Position numbers and translations under genes: made by a program | Shown here: positions 1 through 13,224 of the stretch, in pieces | Layout of the letters: each line of letters starts with the position of its first letter | Position numbering within the stretch: position 1 is the first letter of the stretch | NCBI RefSeq assembly: GCF_006345805.1 | Contig: NC_043001.1 | Coordinates: forward strand, 3,534,001 to 3,598,000 | Direction: 5' to 3' | DNA length: 64,000 nucleotides | DNA from: Octopus sinensis | Taxonomy: Eukaryota | Notes under the pieces: model-generated | Seen by the model: only the letters and a program-made list of their open reading frames with translations | Databases searched by the model: none | Told to the model about the DNA's origin: nothing

Positions 1-365
1 AACCACTTGGATCCGAGTTCAGTCTCCCTGTGTAGAATCTTGAGTTTCTGCTACTATAGCCTCGGGCCGACCAAAGCCTTGGCAATGGATTTGGGAAAGG
101 GAAACTGAAAGAATCCCGACATATATGTATATATATATGTATGTGTATTTATGTATTTGTGTGTCAGCGTTTGATACCCCCAGCATCTCTCCACGACCCA
201 CGTTGGTGTGTTTACGTCTCTGTAACTTAGCTATTCGGCAAAACGGACCGATAAAATAAGTTCTAAGTTTACAAAGAATAAGTCCTGGTGTTGATTTGTT
301 TGAATAAAGGCGGTTATCCAGCATGGCCGCATCAAATGACAGAAACAAATAAAAGAATAAAAGAA
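1..365 (+). mobile_element. tRNA/CORE-like SINE (octopus OR2-like family), head cut by window edge
   Basis: B-box-like GAGTTCAGTC, then gcctcgggccgaccaaagccttg...ggaaactgaaagaa, (TA/TG)n linker, 3' module ending gcatggccgcatcaaatgacagaaacaaataaaagaataaaaga; same modules recur over 10 times in the window. Confidence 0.85.
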
Positions 366-405
366 TGGAAGATGGAGGCGGAAGTAGCACAGAAATAAGC
401 CTAAG

Positions 406-765
406 ACATTTCAATTTAAAAAGGAATTTAAAATTACTTTAAAAATTATATAAAAAAAATATTTATTTAAAATATCATCGCTTTCGATGTTTATAAAAAT
501 TTTAAGTAAAAACATTTCATCTTCTGTCTGGATGCCACGAACATGTCTGGAGACTTTTCGTTGCAGTCTTCTTTAAATACAATTTGGTCTGAAGACTTCA
601 AAGAAAAATCTCCAGACACGTTGTTGACTCCCAGACAGAAGATAAACTGTTTTTACTTCAAATTTTTATTAATTATTACTGATATTTCATAATATGACAT
701 ACACCGAAACCGTTGATATAATTTTTAAAATCATTTTTAATAAATTCCCTCTTAAATTAAAATGT
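406..765. mobile_element. Fold-back/MITE-like palindromic element
   Basis: Arms 494-571 and 591-668 are reverse complements with scattered mismatches; outer AT-rich arms (about 406-490 and 700-765) also pair. Confidence 0.7.
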
Positions 766-894
766 ATTTGACTTCTGTGCAATTTCCACCTCCAACATTT
801 AGATAGAAAAATTTGATTTTTATAAATGTCTAATCATTTTCAACTATATACACACACATACAGTGGGGGGAAATAAATATTCGTAGATGTCAAA

Positions 895-1795
895 ATTCTA
901 CATTGACCATCCTAAACATATATATCGGAGATCACAGACTACAGGAGGTGGAGAAGTTTACCTGTCTTGGCTATACCGTCACCTACAACCTATCCCTTGA
1001 TACTGAGCTCAATATACGCATTGGCAAGGCAGCTGCTGTGATGGCCCAACTCTCCAAACGGGCATGGGGCAACAATAAGCTGGCCAAGACCACAAAAATG
1101 AAGATTTACCAGGGATGTGTACTTAGCACTCTACTGTATGGAAGTGAGACTTGGACGCCATACACACGCCATACGACGACATACGTCGCCTAAATATTTT
1201 TCACCTGCGCTGCCTCCCGAAAATACTTCGCATCAAATGGCAGAATCATGTCCCCCAACAATGATGTCCTCAAGCAAGCAGGAATACCAAGCATGTTTAC
1301 ACTCCTCACACAAAGACATATGAGATGGCTTGGACATGTTAGCCGTATGGAAGATGGCAGAATCCCCAAGAACATACTCAACGGAGAGCTTGCTAGGGGT
1401 ACTAGGTCTGTGGGAAGACTGTTCTTACAATACAAGGATGTTTGCAAAAGGGACTTGAATGCCTGCAACATCAATATTACCAACTGGGAAGCAGTTGCCA
1501 GCAACCGTGGAGATTGGCGACGTACCGTAAAAGAGGGAACACAAAGGAGTGACATAGAGGGAGAGGAGAAATGGAAAGACAAGAAAAGACGTCAACAAGA
1601 AAGTATGACGTTAGAACAGCCAGGCAAAGTCTTCGCTACATTTGCGGCACCTGCCAGAGGGAGTGTTTGTCCACGATAGGACTACACAGCCACAGCAGGA
1701 GATGTATTAGGACATGAAATGTAAAAGCCGGACTAGATTATTTTATGCGCAACTCCATTGTCTCCCGAGACAAAAAGGATCGTAGCAACAATACA
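895..1795 (+). mobile_element. RTE-clade LINE, 5'-truncated 3' end (RT C-terminus, frameshifted)
   Basis: ORFs 903-1193 and 1248-1679: EVEKFTCLG...RIGKAAAVMAQLSKRAW...LLYGSETWT, RWLGHVSRMEDGRIPKNILNGEL...DVCKRDL; RTE-type 3' end ccattgtctcccgagacaaaaaggat. Confidence 0.9.
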
Positions 1796-2081
1796 TATGG
1801 ATTTCGTAGACAGGAACTGAAACAAATCAATCGTATATATATGTATGTATATACATATGTAAGTGTATGTGTGTGTCTTTGTCTCTGTGCTTCGCCCTCA
1901 TCACTGCTTCACAACTGCTGTTCATTTATTTACATCCAATTAACTTACTGGTTTCACAAGAACAAACTAATATAATAAGTACTAGGCTTATCAACATAAA
2001 AAAGCACTAGGCTGTGTCTCATATCTTTGTTTGCCCACTCAGTTGTATCTATCAATTTATCTTTGTGTGTGTATATATCTA

Positions 2082-2164
<83 letters not shown>

Positions 2165-3393
2165 ATATATATATAACACCCTAATGGGAGCCTTAACTCC
2201 CAAATTTTAGTCATTTATTTTATGATCCAAAGCTAAGTCAAAAGTACATATATTTTTGCTGTTGATGAAATTTTAACCATAGATATTAGACACAAATGAA
2301 GTAATATTTGTAAAATTTCATCTTCTTACAAAGTTAGAATGACCCCTCCATGGGGACTTAACGACCACAATTTTGTCATTTTATCTAAGCAAAAACGAAT
2401 ACAGTTGTGCTCTTGGAAGCTGTAGGGTTACCCGAGCATAAAAGTTGGGCATTATTTCTAATTCAATGGTACAACAGTGTAACAGTTTGCTTTGACATAC
2501 ACTTACATTGTGATTTCTGCAACGTGGTGCATAAATTGTTAAGTAAATGAGAGGCACCTTTGTCTCCACTGATTCAGTTGCAAAGTGTTGAGTAAAGTTA
2601 TTTGATTGCAGACCTCCTTTCAGTCTTTTTATTATCACTCGGTCACACATAGTCCCCAGATGGTAACATTGATTACAAGGCCTTCCCAGGGGGTGACTGG
2701 TTATTCAAAGACATTTATAGATTTTAAATTTATTCTGTCCATTTACCTATCAGTATAGTGGTCATTTGCAAACTCCAGAGGTGACACTTTAATTTTTCCT
2801 AAGCCCTCACGTTACACAGTTGTTAATGTTGATTTCAGTTGGGTCACACCCTTCCAATTGCTATAGATTCGTTATGCATCTTACGGCTGTGCCTGTCACC
2901 TGGATGGTGAGGAATTCTACATTGGGAGTTGTAACGATTAGGGTAGGTTAACTGACTGTTTATTGTGATCATTTGTCTTTTAGTTTCCTGTAGTTTTGCT
3001 CTCTTTTACAAACCCAGTGAACATATATTTCCTATTTCAAAGAAATTCAAACAATAGATTTAAGACCTAAGTTTAAAAGATTTTCAACAATTCAACTTCT
3101 CTGGTTGACATTAAGATGCCCAGCCTCAACAGGTGCCTTAACTCTCACATTTTAGAGCTCCATGACCTCCATTTTTCAGGAGCAAAATCCTTTTAACAGG
3201 TTCAATAAGACTGGAACTTTGGAATATGTGCAAAAAAATCAGTAGTATGGGATACATGTGGCACGAATACAATTATTTTAGGGTGTGTAAAGAGGGAAAT
3301 AACCCTCATCTGCAATTTTGATGAAATTTGAAACATAGATATTCCAGTTCATTACAGAAAATATAACAGAAAAGTCTAATTGTTCAATTGTGT

Positions 3394-3425
3394 GTAACCG
3401 GGCAACGCCGGGTATCTCTGTTAGT
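3394..3425 (+). mobile_element. Helitron-like 3' terminus
   Basis: GC-rich hairpin ccgggcaacgccgg followed about 10 nt later by TTAG|T (CTAG consensus); 5' end not identified. Confidence 0.45.
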
Positions 3426-4299
3426 ACATAATAAATACAGAGCAAGACATGGTAACGCTAACCAGTTGTTTACCTGTCAATCATGCCGCTTAGTCGAATG
3501 ACTCCGCCTACCTATGCTACTAGTTCACTTGCCTTTGTTTTATGCTTTCAAGTAAAACTGAATTATTAGGTCAGCTGCACTAAATTTCCTGATATGAAGT
3601 TAGGAATATTGGTAAAAATTTATTTACTGAAATGAAAGCGTGGGAAAGTTGATAGTTGTTTATGCGTATATGTATTTATATGAAGACAATTTTCACTCCT
3701 AATTACAAGATCGTGTGATCAATTCTCGGACTGTGTTAGGTTCTTGTGCAGAAGGCATAATAACACATTGATCTTGTTAACTAAGCTGAAAAGAAATCTA
3801 ATCTCAGGTCGGTGCAACCCCGAATCCCTTTTGTCGTCATATCATTTATGCCTCAGTGGATTAAAGGTGGAACGTATGAGAATATACTTGTGTCTCTTGT
3901 TGATTACCTACCTACGTAAATGTACTTCTCTACCGAAAGATACATGCTATCACATCATACTGAACGGTATTCGTATTACTATGCTTCACGCATATAAATC
4001 ATCTGCATATATTTATTTGAGTAAACCATTGGTGTGTGTATATGAACGACACTATATATATATATGTCCCAACAACATCACACCACACTACATTACACAT
4101 TACATCACAACACACCACCCACACACCAGCACTGACCAATTCACATCTCCACATTTTCACACCTACACATACATACACGCACACGCCCAGACCACCAGCC
4201 CTCTTTCACACGCACATACATACTCTGTTATACACACGCGCACCTTCGTGTTGGGGGTCAACTTTACTTTGTTATCTCCCCTACTTCTTCCCTCTCGTG

Positions 4300-4686
<387 letters not shown>

Positions 4687-5844
4687 CAACACCCACACCA
4701 CACAACACATCATCTGCACACCCACACGCCATCATCTGCACACCTACACATTACAGACGCACACACTTACACTCTCACACATACACACGTCAAAGTAACT
4801 AGCCCCTATCCACAAGCACACACATTCTCACATACACATACGCGTGCATCTTCGTCTTCGGATCACCAATTCTTCAATATCTCCCTTCTTTCTAACTCTT
4901 TTCTCAAACCTCTTTTTCTCAACCAGTCGCCATGCTTGATTGCTAAATCCACAAGATTAAAATTTTTTTTTTATTCTCTCCCCATTTCTTTCCTCTAAAT
5001 TTAAAAAGAAAGGTAATCAGAATTTTGGATAATTCTTTATTAGCGCTGGCGTTCGTTTAACCGAACTCTTAAGGGAATATTAAAACCAAAATAATGTAAG
5101 AAATTAAAACCATTATTTTTTTTTCAATTTTTTCTGAAATGTTCGGTTACACGAACGAAAGCGCTAATAAAGAATTATCCAAAACACTGACGGTCACCTT
5201 CGTGTTAATATACAATATCTGTACACCACTTCAAACACTCTATACATACATACATACATACATACATACATACATACATACATACATACAGACAGACAGA
5301 CAGACAGACAGACATACGTACATACATACATACACATACAAACACACACACACAGACATATATCAAGGATATGGGGAGGGTGTTAGTTGACTGGTGATCT
5401 ACACGAGTAGGTACGCTGAGTAAATGTTATAACTGGTCATCTATTAGGTTCCAAGTTCACGGCTGATGCTGGTCCTAGGGATCTGTAATAGGCTTCTGTG
5501 TTAGCAGGTATGTATTATACGAAAGGAAAAGGATCGAAACAAAGGCAAGACAAGTATCTCAAGTCATTTAGAATATTTAATTAGGGTAAGACTTGCAGCA
5601 GTTTCTGGGATATCCCAAGAGATAGGCAATCATGTTCGTATACTGGGTATTCTGTCATCAGAGATAAGACGGGTATGTATGAGTGAATGTCCTAGACAGT
5701 CTATAAAGACTAAAATAATGAATAAAATACTAGATAGAATAATAAAGAGTTAAGCAGGAGACAGAAGTGACAGAAGAAGATCTTTTTCCAGAGTGTATAG
5801 GGTTGTGTGTGTGTGTATATATATGTGTGTGTGTGTGTGTGCGT

Positions 5845-5896
<52 letters not shown>

Positions 5897-5935
5897 AAAT
5901 GTATATATATATATATGTATATATATATATGTATG

Positions 5936-5968
<33 letters not shown>

Positions 5969-6540
5969 TATTAATTTATATATAGAGGGCATTATACATA
6001 CATGCCAGAGGGCATTTACATACATGCCACACGCTAAGAGGGACAATTAGTCATTCTACCAAAAATATTACTAATCCCACCGAATGCAATTTTTCAAAGT
6101 AAGACATTTAAAAAATATAGACCTGTATCACAGTGATTCATACTTACGTATTCATCAGCAGGCTGAATGTATCATAAATAAACGACCCTGTCCCGCTTAA
6201 GCCGATCAGCTAACTGATCAACATCAACGAAGCACATGGGTGAGTTTACATATATTACATCCTGTAAATGGCATACTTTTACGAATTGCATTTCGGGAAA
6301 GGAAAAGTTTTTTCGGAATAAAAATTTAGCAATTAAGGACAACTACTTAATAAGGAAAACTTAACAAGAAATTGTCAGGTAGATAGCGTGAAAACCTCAT
6401 AAGAGAAAAAATTTCGAAAATAATTATTTCTTATTGAACATATTAATTTATATATAGAGGGCATTATACATACATGCCACATGCTAAGAGGGACAATTAG
6501 TCATTTCTACCAAAAATATTACTATTGCTATATATATATA

Positions 6541-6775
6541 TATATATATATAGGGAGAGAGAGAGAGGGAGAGAAAGAGATAGAGGAGACAAAGAGAGAA
6601 AAGAGAGAGAGAGATGATTGTGAGTATATATATATATTTATATATGTATATATATATATATATAGGGAGAGAGAGAGAGAGGGAGAGAAAGAGATAGAGG
6701 AGACAAAGAGAGAAGAGAGAGAGAGAGAGATGATTGTGAGTATATATATATTTATATATGTATTTAAGTGATTAT
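6541..6775 (+). repeat. Two-copy tandem duplication (about 120 bp) of a GA/TA compound repeat
   Basis: gggagagaaagagatagaggagacaaagagagaa...gatgattgtgagtatata occurs twice in tandem. Confidence 0.85.
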
Positions 6776-6969
6776 ATATATACACAATTCCTTATATATT
6801 TCCATGATATGTGTGTGTGTGTATGTGCGTGTGTGATTGTGCATGTATATATATATATATATGTATGTATGTATGTATGTATATATATGTACGTATGCGA
6901 GCACCTGCTCCTGTCTTCTACCATGCCTTTATCACAAAAGCATAATCTCCGTCTGTTCCCTTTTAAAAA

Positions 6970-8439
6970 CACTGGTCAACAAAATTAAATATATTATACT
7001 CATTATGAATGCAAACCAACTTTTAAGACTAATTTTTCGTGCTGATTTTAAAATTTTACTTCATTTGTATGCAGCACGTATCAGTTTTTCAGTAGATATA
7101 TGCTAATATTTACATATTTGTATATATGAAATCATTAACGTAATAAATACGGACATATTATTTTTAGAAAGTAAAGGCGTTTATTGAGTTAAAAATCATC
7201 ACCTTGATTCTACAAAGAGTGAATAGACAAAATTAGAACATACAAAGTTAGAACAACAGAGTTAGAAACGTTGTGACTTGGATATTCTGCGGTGTTCTTC
7301 ATCTGGTTAATCAGGGTAAAGTGTCCAGCAGTAGACAGCCAGCTGCCGTTCCAGAAGCCTTGGTACCGTTTCTCCATAGCATTAATGTCCTGGTGAAATC
7401 TTTCACTATATTCATCAGACACGGCGAAGAAATCCAGGTGGGAGTCCAAGAAGTGAACTTTCAGAGACATGCGACAACCCATTGCTGAGTAATATTTCAG
7501 AAGATTCTTGATGCCATCTTTGTAGTCCATTGCCTTTTGTTGCCCAAGAGATTCTCACAGATTCAACTGAAAGCATTCAAAGCAGGTAATTCCATTTCAT
7601 CCAGTGTTGTCTTGAAGTTGACATCTTTGAGTACTTATCTAATTTGGAGTCCGACAAAGATAACCTCTTTCAACTTCGCCTGCGTGACTTTGGGAAACCC
7701 TTCTACAATATTCTGAAACCCTCTGGCATTTCTCTCCCTTTAGTGTCTTTACGCACTGTTTCATGAGACCAAGCTTTGTGTGTAAAGGAGGCAATAGAAG
7801 GCCCTAAATTTTGGGGAGGGTGCTAGTCGATTAGATCGAAACCAGTTCGCCACAGGTACTAAATTTATCAACCCCGAAAGGATGAAAGGCAAAGTCGACC
7901 ACGGCAGAATTTGAATTCAGAACATAAAGACAGGCAAAATACCAATTTCTTTACTGCCCACAAGGGGCTAAACACAGAAGGGACAAACAAGGACAGACAA
8001 ACGGATTAAGTCGATTACATCGACCCCAATGCGTAACTGGTATTTATTTAATCGATCCCGAGAGGAGGAAAGGCAAAGTCGACCTCGGCGGAATTGGAAC
8101 TTAGAACGTAACGGCAGACGAAATACGGCTACGCATTTCACCCGGCGTGCTAACGTTTCTGCCAGCTCGCCGCACTAAAAATGATGAAATATTGCATTTG
8201 AACTCTGCAGCAATAAATGATGTAGTTTATTTTAAAGGTATGTTTCCATAATGTAAATGAAATGCATGCATACATGTCATAAACTGGAATTTGCATATAG
8301 TGCATGAGCTAAAACACAAAACCTTTCTCATTTTGAAACCTGTACGTGATGTCAAAAAACTAATTCTATATTTGAAATCAACATTAAAAGCTACACTCAC
8401 CTTGACATATGATTCAAGAAAAATACTTGTTGACCAGTG
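6970..8439 (-). mobile_element. Chapaev3-like (CMC superfamily) DNA transposon, internally deleted, both TIRs intact
   Basis: Perfect 13-bp TIR CACTGGTCAACAA at 6970-6982 and 8427-8439, AAA on both flanks (3-bp TSD-compatible); minus-strand transposase C-terminus LLPPLHTKLGLMKQ...GCRMSLKVHFLDSHLDFF...SDEYSERFHQDI..MEKRYQG at about 7210-7800. Confidence 0.75.
7800..8175 (-). mobile_element. tRNA-derived MetaSINE-like element (dimeric body) nested in the Chapaev3-like element
   Basis: Reverse strand reads gcggcgagctggcagaaacgttagc (A box)...B box...gtcgactttgcctttcatcctttcggggt.gataaat..gtacc (Meta-domain-like), body repeated twice. Confidence 0.8.
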
Positions 8440-8914
8440 AAATCTTTAATTATTCTCATAACTGTGACTCGTGGTTATTTCGTGTACCAACATCTTTTAA
8501 TCCATTTCACCTTCATAATAATCTGAACTGACACGGGTAATTCATTTATTTCTTCTAACTTTTTTAAATTCCTCCAATTTTTGTACTTTGTATCCTTGGC
8601 TTACCAATTTTTTCATACCACTTTTCTTGATTGCTGATCCATTTCAACTTTATTTCTTATCCAGTTTTCCTAATCTCTGACGAAGTAGAAACCCCCACCC
8701 CAGCCCGCGTTATAATCAATAATTTTCGGCGCTAATGAACTTTATCAGTTTTTCCAATCTTTATTTTAGACTTATTTTTCCATAGGCAAATCATTACAAG
8801 TTAACGTGAATTCTCATTTAATAATAGTTTTAATATAAATGTGATTGTAAAGTAATGCAAAGAAATTATAATAATTACTGAATTCAGATTTGGATTAATA
8901 TACAATATCTGCTT

Positions 8915-9120
8915 TAAGGCGGCGAGCTGGCAGAATCGTAAGCTCGAGGGGTGAGATACTTAGCGACATTTTGTCCATTTTTAGGTTCTCAATTCAAATT
9001 CTAGTTCACATTTGCCATTCACTTCTTTCGGGCTCGTTAAAATAAGTGCCGGTTAAGTACTGGGGTCGATGTAATAGAGTTATACTTTCCCCCATATCTG
9101 CTGGCCTTCTGCTAATAATT
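8915..9120 (+). mobile_element. Degenerate MetaSINE-like copy
   Basis: ggcggcgagctggcagaatcgta...cttctttcgggctcgttaaaataagtgccgg...ctggggtcgatgtaat. Confidence 0.7.
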
Positions 9121-9282
9121 ACAAGCCATTATACAATATCTATTTGCTGCCTGGTGAAATGGTTGCTAAATTAAAGTTTGCGTGTGTGTGAGAAGAGACT
9201 ATGACGAAAAGCTTAGAAGCAGGGGAGGTTTGGCGGATGACGTTTGACCGATGCAAGCTCGGAAAAGTGGACATTGAATATG

Positions 9283-9313
<31 letters not shown>

Positions 9314-9479
9314 TGTGTGTGCGTGCGTTCACACAAACACAAATGTAACATCCTGTTCTGGCCTTCAAGAGTACAAAATATTTCTCGACACCTGTCCTTT
9401 TCTGCATCTACCGCAATTGGTAGGGTGAGCAGGCTGTTAGTGTCAATTAGTTAAATAGTCATCATTTTGGAAAGCATGA

Positions 9480-10040
9480 CCATTTTATCGGAAACAGTTA
9501 TCAAATGAAGGGAATGTCGTGCCACACCTGAGTTCACCTGGGGGATATTTGTGGGTCGTTATTCTTCCGGTTGTTGTACCTGTTACAACTTCCACATGTG
9601 TATGAATCAGTTAAGCATAGAATGGTATACCTGGTTTCTCAGCAGCCAACGGTCTGCAGTTCAATAATATTTGGTGGCGACAATAAAAACGAAAGTCATA
9701 TCCTCCTGCAGATTGATACTACAAGGCTTTCGGAGAACGTTCAGTGTTAGTAATTACGAACTCCAGGTGAACAAGATGATATTCTTTAATAGATATTCAG
9801 TGAAATATTGGAAGAAGTTGTTTCAATTCATTAGGGAGTCTCCAAATGAAGCGACATGCGGAGATGGGGTTTTTCCCCGTCACAACACTTAGGGCAGTAC
9901 AGGTGTTCTGTTTAAGCCGTAGATGGTCTTGAGATGACATCAGACGGCCTGAGTCTGGCTCTACAGATCACAGCCGTTGAAAGGCAGGAAACTCTTTATA
10001 GGAATTTGGAATGGTTTCAGCATTTAAATCTTAGAAAGTA
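9480..10040 (-). mobile_element. Degenerate RTE LINE C-terminal fragment
   Basis: Broken minus-strand peptides TADRWLLRNQV and YTCGSCNRY resemble the RTE C-terminus; several stops and frameshifts. Confidence 0.45.
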
Positions 10041-10419
10041 GAGCAAATATTAGGAGAATGCATGTTTGCATCTGTTTTATCGTACAGTGTTGGAGACGTG
10101 AACTTAACTAATCAATAGAGGCTTTAATATCTTAAATCCATTTGAAATTCCTTTTAATTCCACCCCCACCATTCTGTCTTTGAACATCTGATTGGGTTTC
10201 CATGTCTTATACTCCCAAATCTTTAAGTACTGAAGAGCCGAGTCAAGCTGTCACACACATGCACACGCGCGCTTGCCCTCGCATTTATTAATCTCTGTTG
10301 ATTCACCACGAGCGATAAATTAAAGGACTCAATACAGATGCAGAGTATTCTATTGTGCATTATAACTGAGGGATAAACTGAGCCTTGGAAATCGGATCGC
10401 TTCGGTTCTAATACATATT

Positions 10420-10760
10420 TACTTCTTTATTGCCCACAAGGGGCTAAACATAGAGCGGCCAAAATAGAACAGACAAAGGGATTATGTCGATTACATCAAC
10501 TCTAGTGCGTAACTGGTACTTATTTAATCGACCCCCAAAAGAATGATGGGCAAAGTCGACCTCGGCGGAACTGGCAGAATCGTTAGCGCGTCGGGCAAAA
10601 TACTTAACATTTCGTTTGCCTTTACATTCTGAGTTAAAATCCTGCCGGCGCTGACTTTGCCTTTTATCCTTCTGGGTCGATAAAATACGTACTATTTCAA
10701 CACGGGTATCAATGTAATCTATTTAACCCCTCCTCCCAAATTGCTGACCTTGTGTTAAGA
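10420..10760. mobile_element. Two back-to-back MetaSINE-like fragments (minus then plus)
   Basis: cccacaaggggctaaacatag...aaagtcgacctcggcggaa joined directly to ctggcagaatcgttagcgcgtcgggc. Confidence 0.7.
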
Positions 10761-11989
10761 CTTTAAACTAATACACACACACACACACACACACACACTT
10801 TACATATATGAAAACTAAATAGTTATATCTGAATTTAATTACACCTCGCTTCGTCTTACAAATGGCTGTGTGAACAAATCATTCCTTTTCCCAATATAAA
10901 TATAACTGTGTATACATTTGCTCGTTCCTCTTGATGTTCGCTGCCTTAACTATAAGTAATCCGGGGATGAATGGCCCAACCATATTTGCGTAGACATGAA
11001 TTCCTTCTATGGTGACACTTTTTCTTTTATGCGTGGTTCTAGACTGGAAAAAGAGTTACAATTGAAATCTCAGCCAGAGTTCTGCAACAGCATCCTCGAT
11101 TAACTAACTTGAATCAAAGAATTCCCTTTCATTGGAATTTTGATAGAAACCAAAGTAAATAATTATATGCAAAATTGTAAAAAAAAAAAAAAAGAAAACA
11201 AATGTCTTTCATATTTTTATTGTTTCGCTTGCAGCTTGAACTGGCAGAATGCAAGTTTGATGGTTTCTTTCTTAACCCGAACCACCTCACAAAACTTTTT
11301 CAGAATCGATTATTCAAGAATTTCGAAACATAACTACATGTTCGAACGATTATGGATGTAACCATTAATTTCTTAGCTGGGTTGCAAAGAAGTAGGTTCT
11401 CAAGCAGTTGGTTATAAATTTTCTATCTCTCTCTCACTAATTATAAATTACTACAGATTGCTTTGTGTATTATTTTAACAATGTTATGCTGCATAACAAC
11501 GCATAAGTATGTTAGTGCAGTTTCATGCAGCTGCTGTTCAACTGTGCACTAACTTACTCAGATACACGTAATGACTAGTGTTTGGTTCTATCTTCAGGCT
11601 TTGACTATCAATTAATTACCGAAATAACCAAGTTTTAAAGAGTTATTAAAATAAGTAAGCCTTCATACTTATGCAATCGTTTGAAACATAATTTTAAAGA
11701 TATTTACATAAAATTATGAAGTCTAATATTAATTTAGACATAAACACTTTAAACTACAAGTTGAAGACATAAACAAGTAAAGACATGCTTCCCCACCAGA
11801 CTTGGGTTCGGTCCTACTCTATGACACCGTGGCCAAGGGCTTCGACAGGAACGCCGGTCAGAGTGAAGCTTCGAAAGGAATTTAATAATGAAAACTTTCT
11901 TGAAGCCCGTTGCATATGTGTAACTTTTCACTAAGCTTGTCATATTAACTAGCATCGAGATTTTGGTATCATTTCTATTTCTTTGTCTC

Positions 11990-12300
11990 TTGGATAAATT
12001 CCCTGTGAGATAGTTGTTGTTGCTGCTGCTGTTGCTGTTGAGCGAACGGTTTTCGTCCAAGAGCTAGCAAGATGGGAGAAGTCCGAAACGCGGTCCTTTG
12101 CTATTCGTAAGATCCGCAGAAGAGAAAGCAGGTCAACCCCCGACACCGAGTGCATCGACGGATGGATGAATGCGCATGCGGGCTCAGCGGTTGTGTAGGA
12201 AGTCGGTGTGTTGTTGCTGCTGCAGTTGTTGGTGTATCTTACCGCTTTTCATTCACTTTCCTTAAGAGGTCAACTCAGACTATCAGATCATCCGCTATTC
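11990..12300. promoter_or_regulatory. CpG-rich non-repeat island: candidate promoter/first exon
   Basis: Locally dense CpG; NRF-1-like TGCGCATGCG (12171-12180); ETS-like AGGAAGT (12197-12203); Kozak-like gcaagATGG (ATG 12072) followed by TTC|GTAAGA donor at 12107. Confidence 0.35.
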
Positions 12301-12464
12301 CTTTATTTTCTCATGATCATGATACGTTTCCTTTGACCGACGATGTAGTCACATATTTCTATGCTTTTCCACAACTTATTCTACTTTTTTCCTTTCATAT
12401 GTTATTTGCTCAACTTCCACTTATCTCAAAAATTTTCTGGTTTTACACGTAATTTTTATTTTTA

Positions 12465-12560
12465 TACGAGGGTGAATCAAAAGTAATGCTATTTTGTTTA
12501 GGACAGGTATAATTACCAACACAGGAACATGAATCATACATCAAAATAAGATATGTATAT
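12465..12560 (+). mobile_element. Mariner-like 5' TIR fragment
   Basis: TA + CGAGGGTGAATCAAAAGT, typical mariner terminus; no partner TIR found. Confidence 0.45.
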
Positions 12561-12774
12561 ATAATTAAGTCTCTAAGGTCCTCTAATTATTTCAAGTGGA
12601 GACGCATGCGCAGCCACGGTCCAAGGACTGAACCATGTGAAAGAGAAATTAAATGGAAATTGAAAATTGGTTTGTTTCAGCGGGATTAGAATTAAACGAA
12701 TTAACATGTAGTCATGCGTTCAAATCCCACTGTATCTATAATTTGCAGAGTTCATAGATACCATCTACCAACTA

Positions 12775-13195
12775 CCCTGCTTCTATATATTCATTTCTAC
12801 TCTAAGCACAGGGCCCGACATTTGGGGGGGGGGGCAAGTCAATTAGATCGTCCCCAGTACGCATTTGGTACTTAATTTATCGACACTGAAAGAATGAACG
12901 TCAAAGTCGACCTCGGCGGAATTTGAACTCAGAACGTAAAGACAAACCTTTAAGCATTTCCCCCAGCGTGCTAAAGTTTCTCATTTCTTTACAGCCCACA
13001 AGGGGCTACACACAGTGAGGACACAGTCGATTATATCGACCCTAGTGCGTAACTGGTACTTATTTAATCGACCCCGAAAGGATGAAAGGCAAAGTCGACT
13101 TCGGCGGAATTTGAAATCAGAACGTAGCAGCAGACGAAATACAGCGAAGCATTTCGCCCGGGTGCTAACGATTCTGCCAGCTCGCCGCCTTCCTG
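12775..13195 (-). mobile_element. MetaSINE-like element(s), tandem bodies
   Basis: Ends ...gtgctaacgattctgccagctcgccgcc; two aaagtcgac(c/t)tcggcggaatttgaa.tcagaacgta units. Confidence 0.8.
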
Positions 13196-13224
13196 CGTCA
13201 ATATATTTCACCAGTTATTCTGAA

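Noticed and set aside
586-630. CTGAAGA...GAAA inside the palindrome as a hammerhead
   Set aside because: No stem II, and stems I/III do not pair
8677-8700. CTGACGA-AGTA-GAAAC
   Set aside because: No stem II or stem I; at most a deleted remnant
11749-12060. 103-aa minus-strand ORF in the CpG island
   Set aside because: Starts at TTG, includes a microsatellite run, no recognisable domain
12066-12101. Partial hammerhead look-alike GGA-gaag-TCC-GAAAC-GCG-GTC-ctttgc
   Set aside because: CUGANGA strand absent; kept only as an alternative to the first-exon idea
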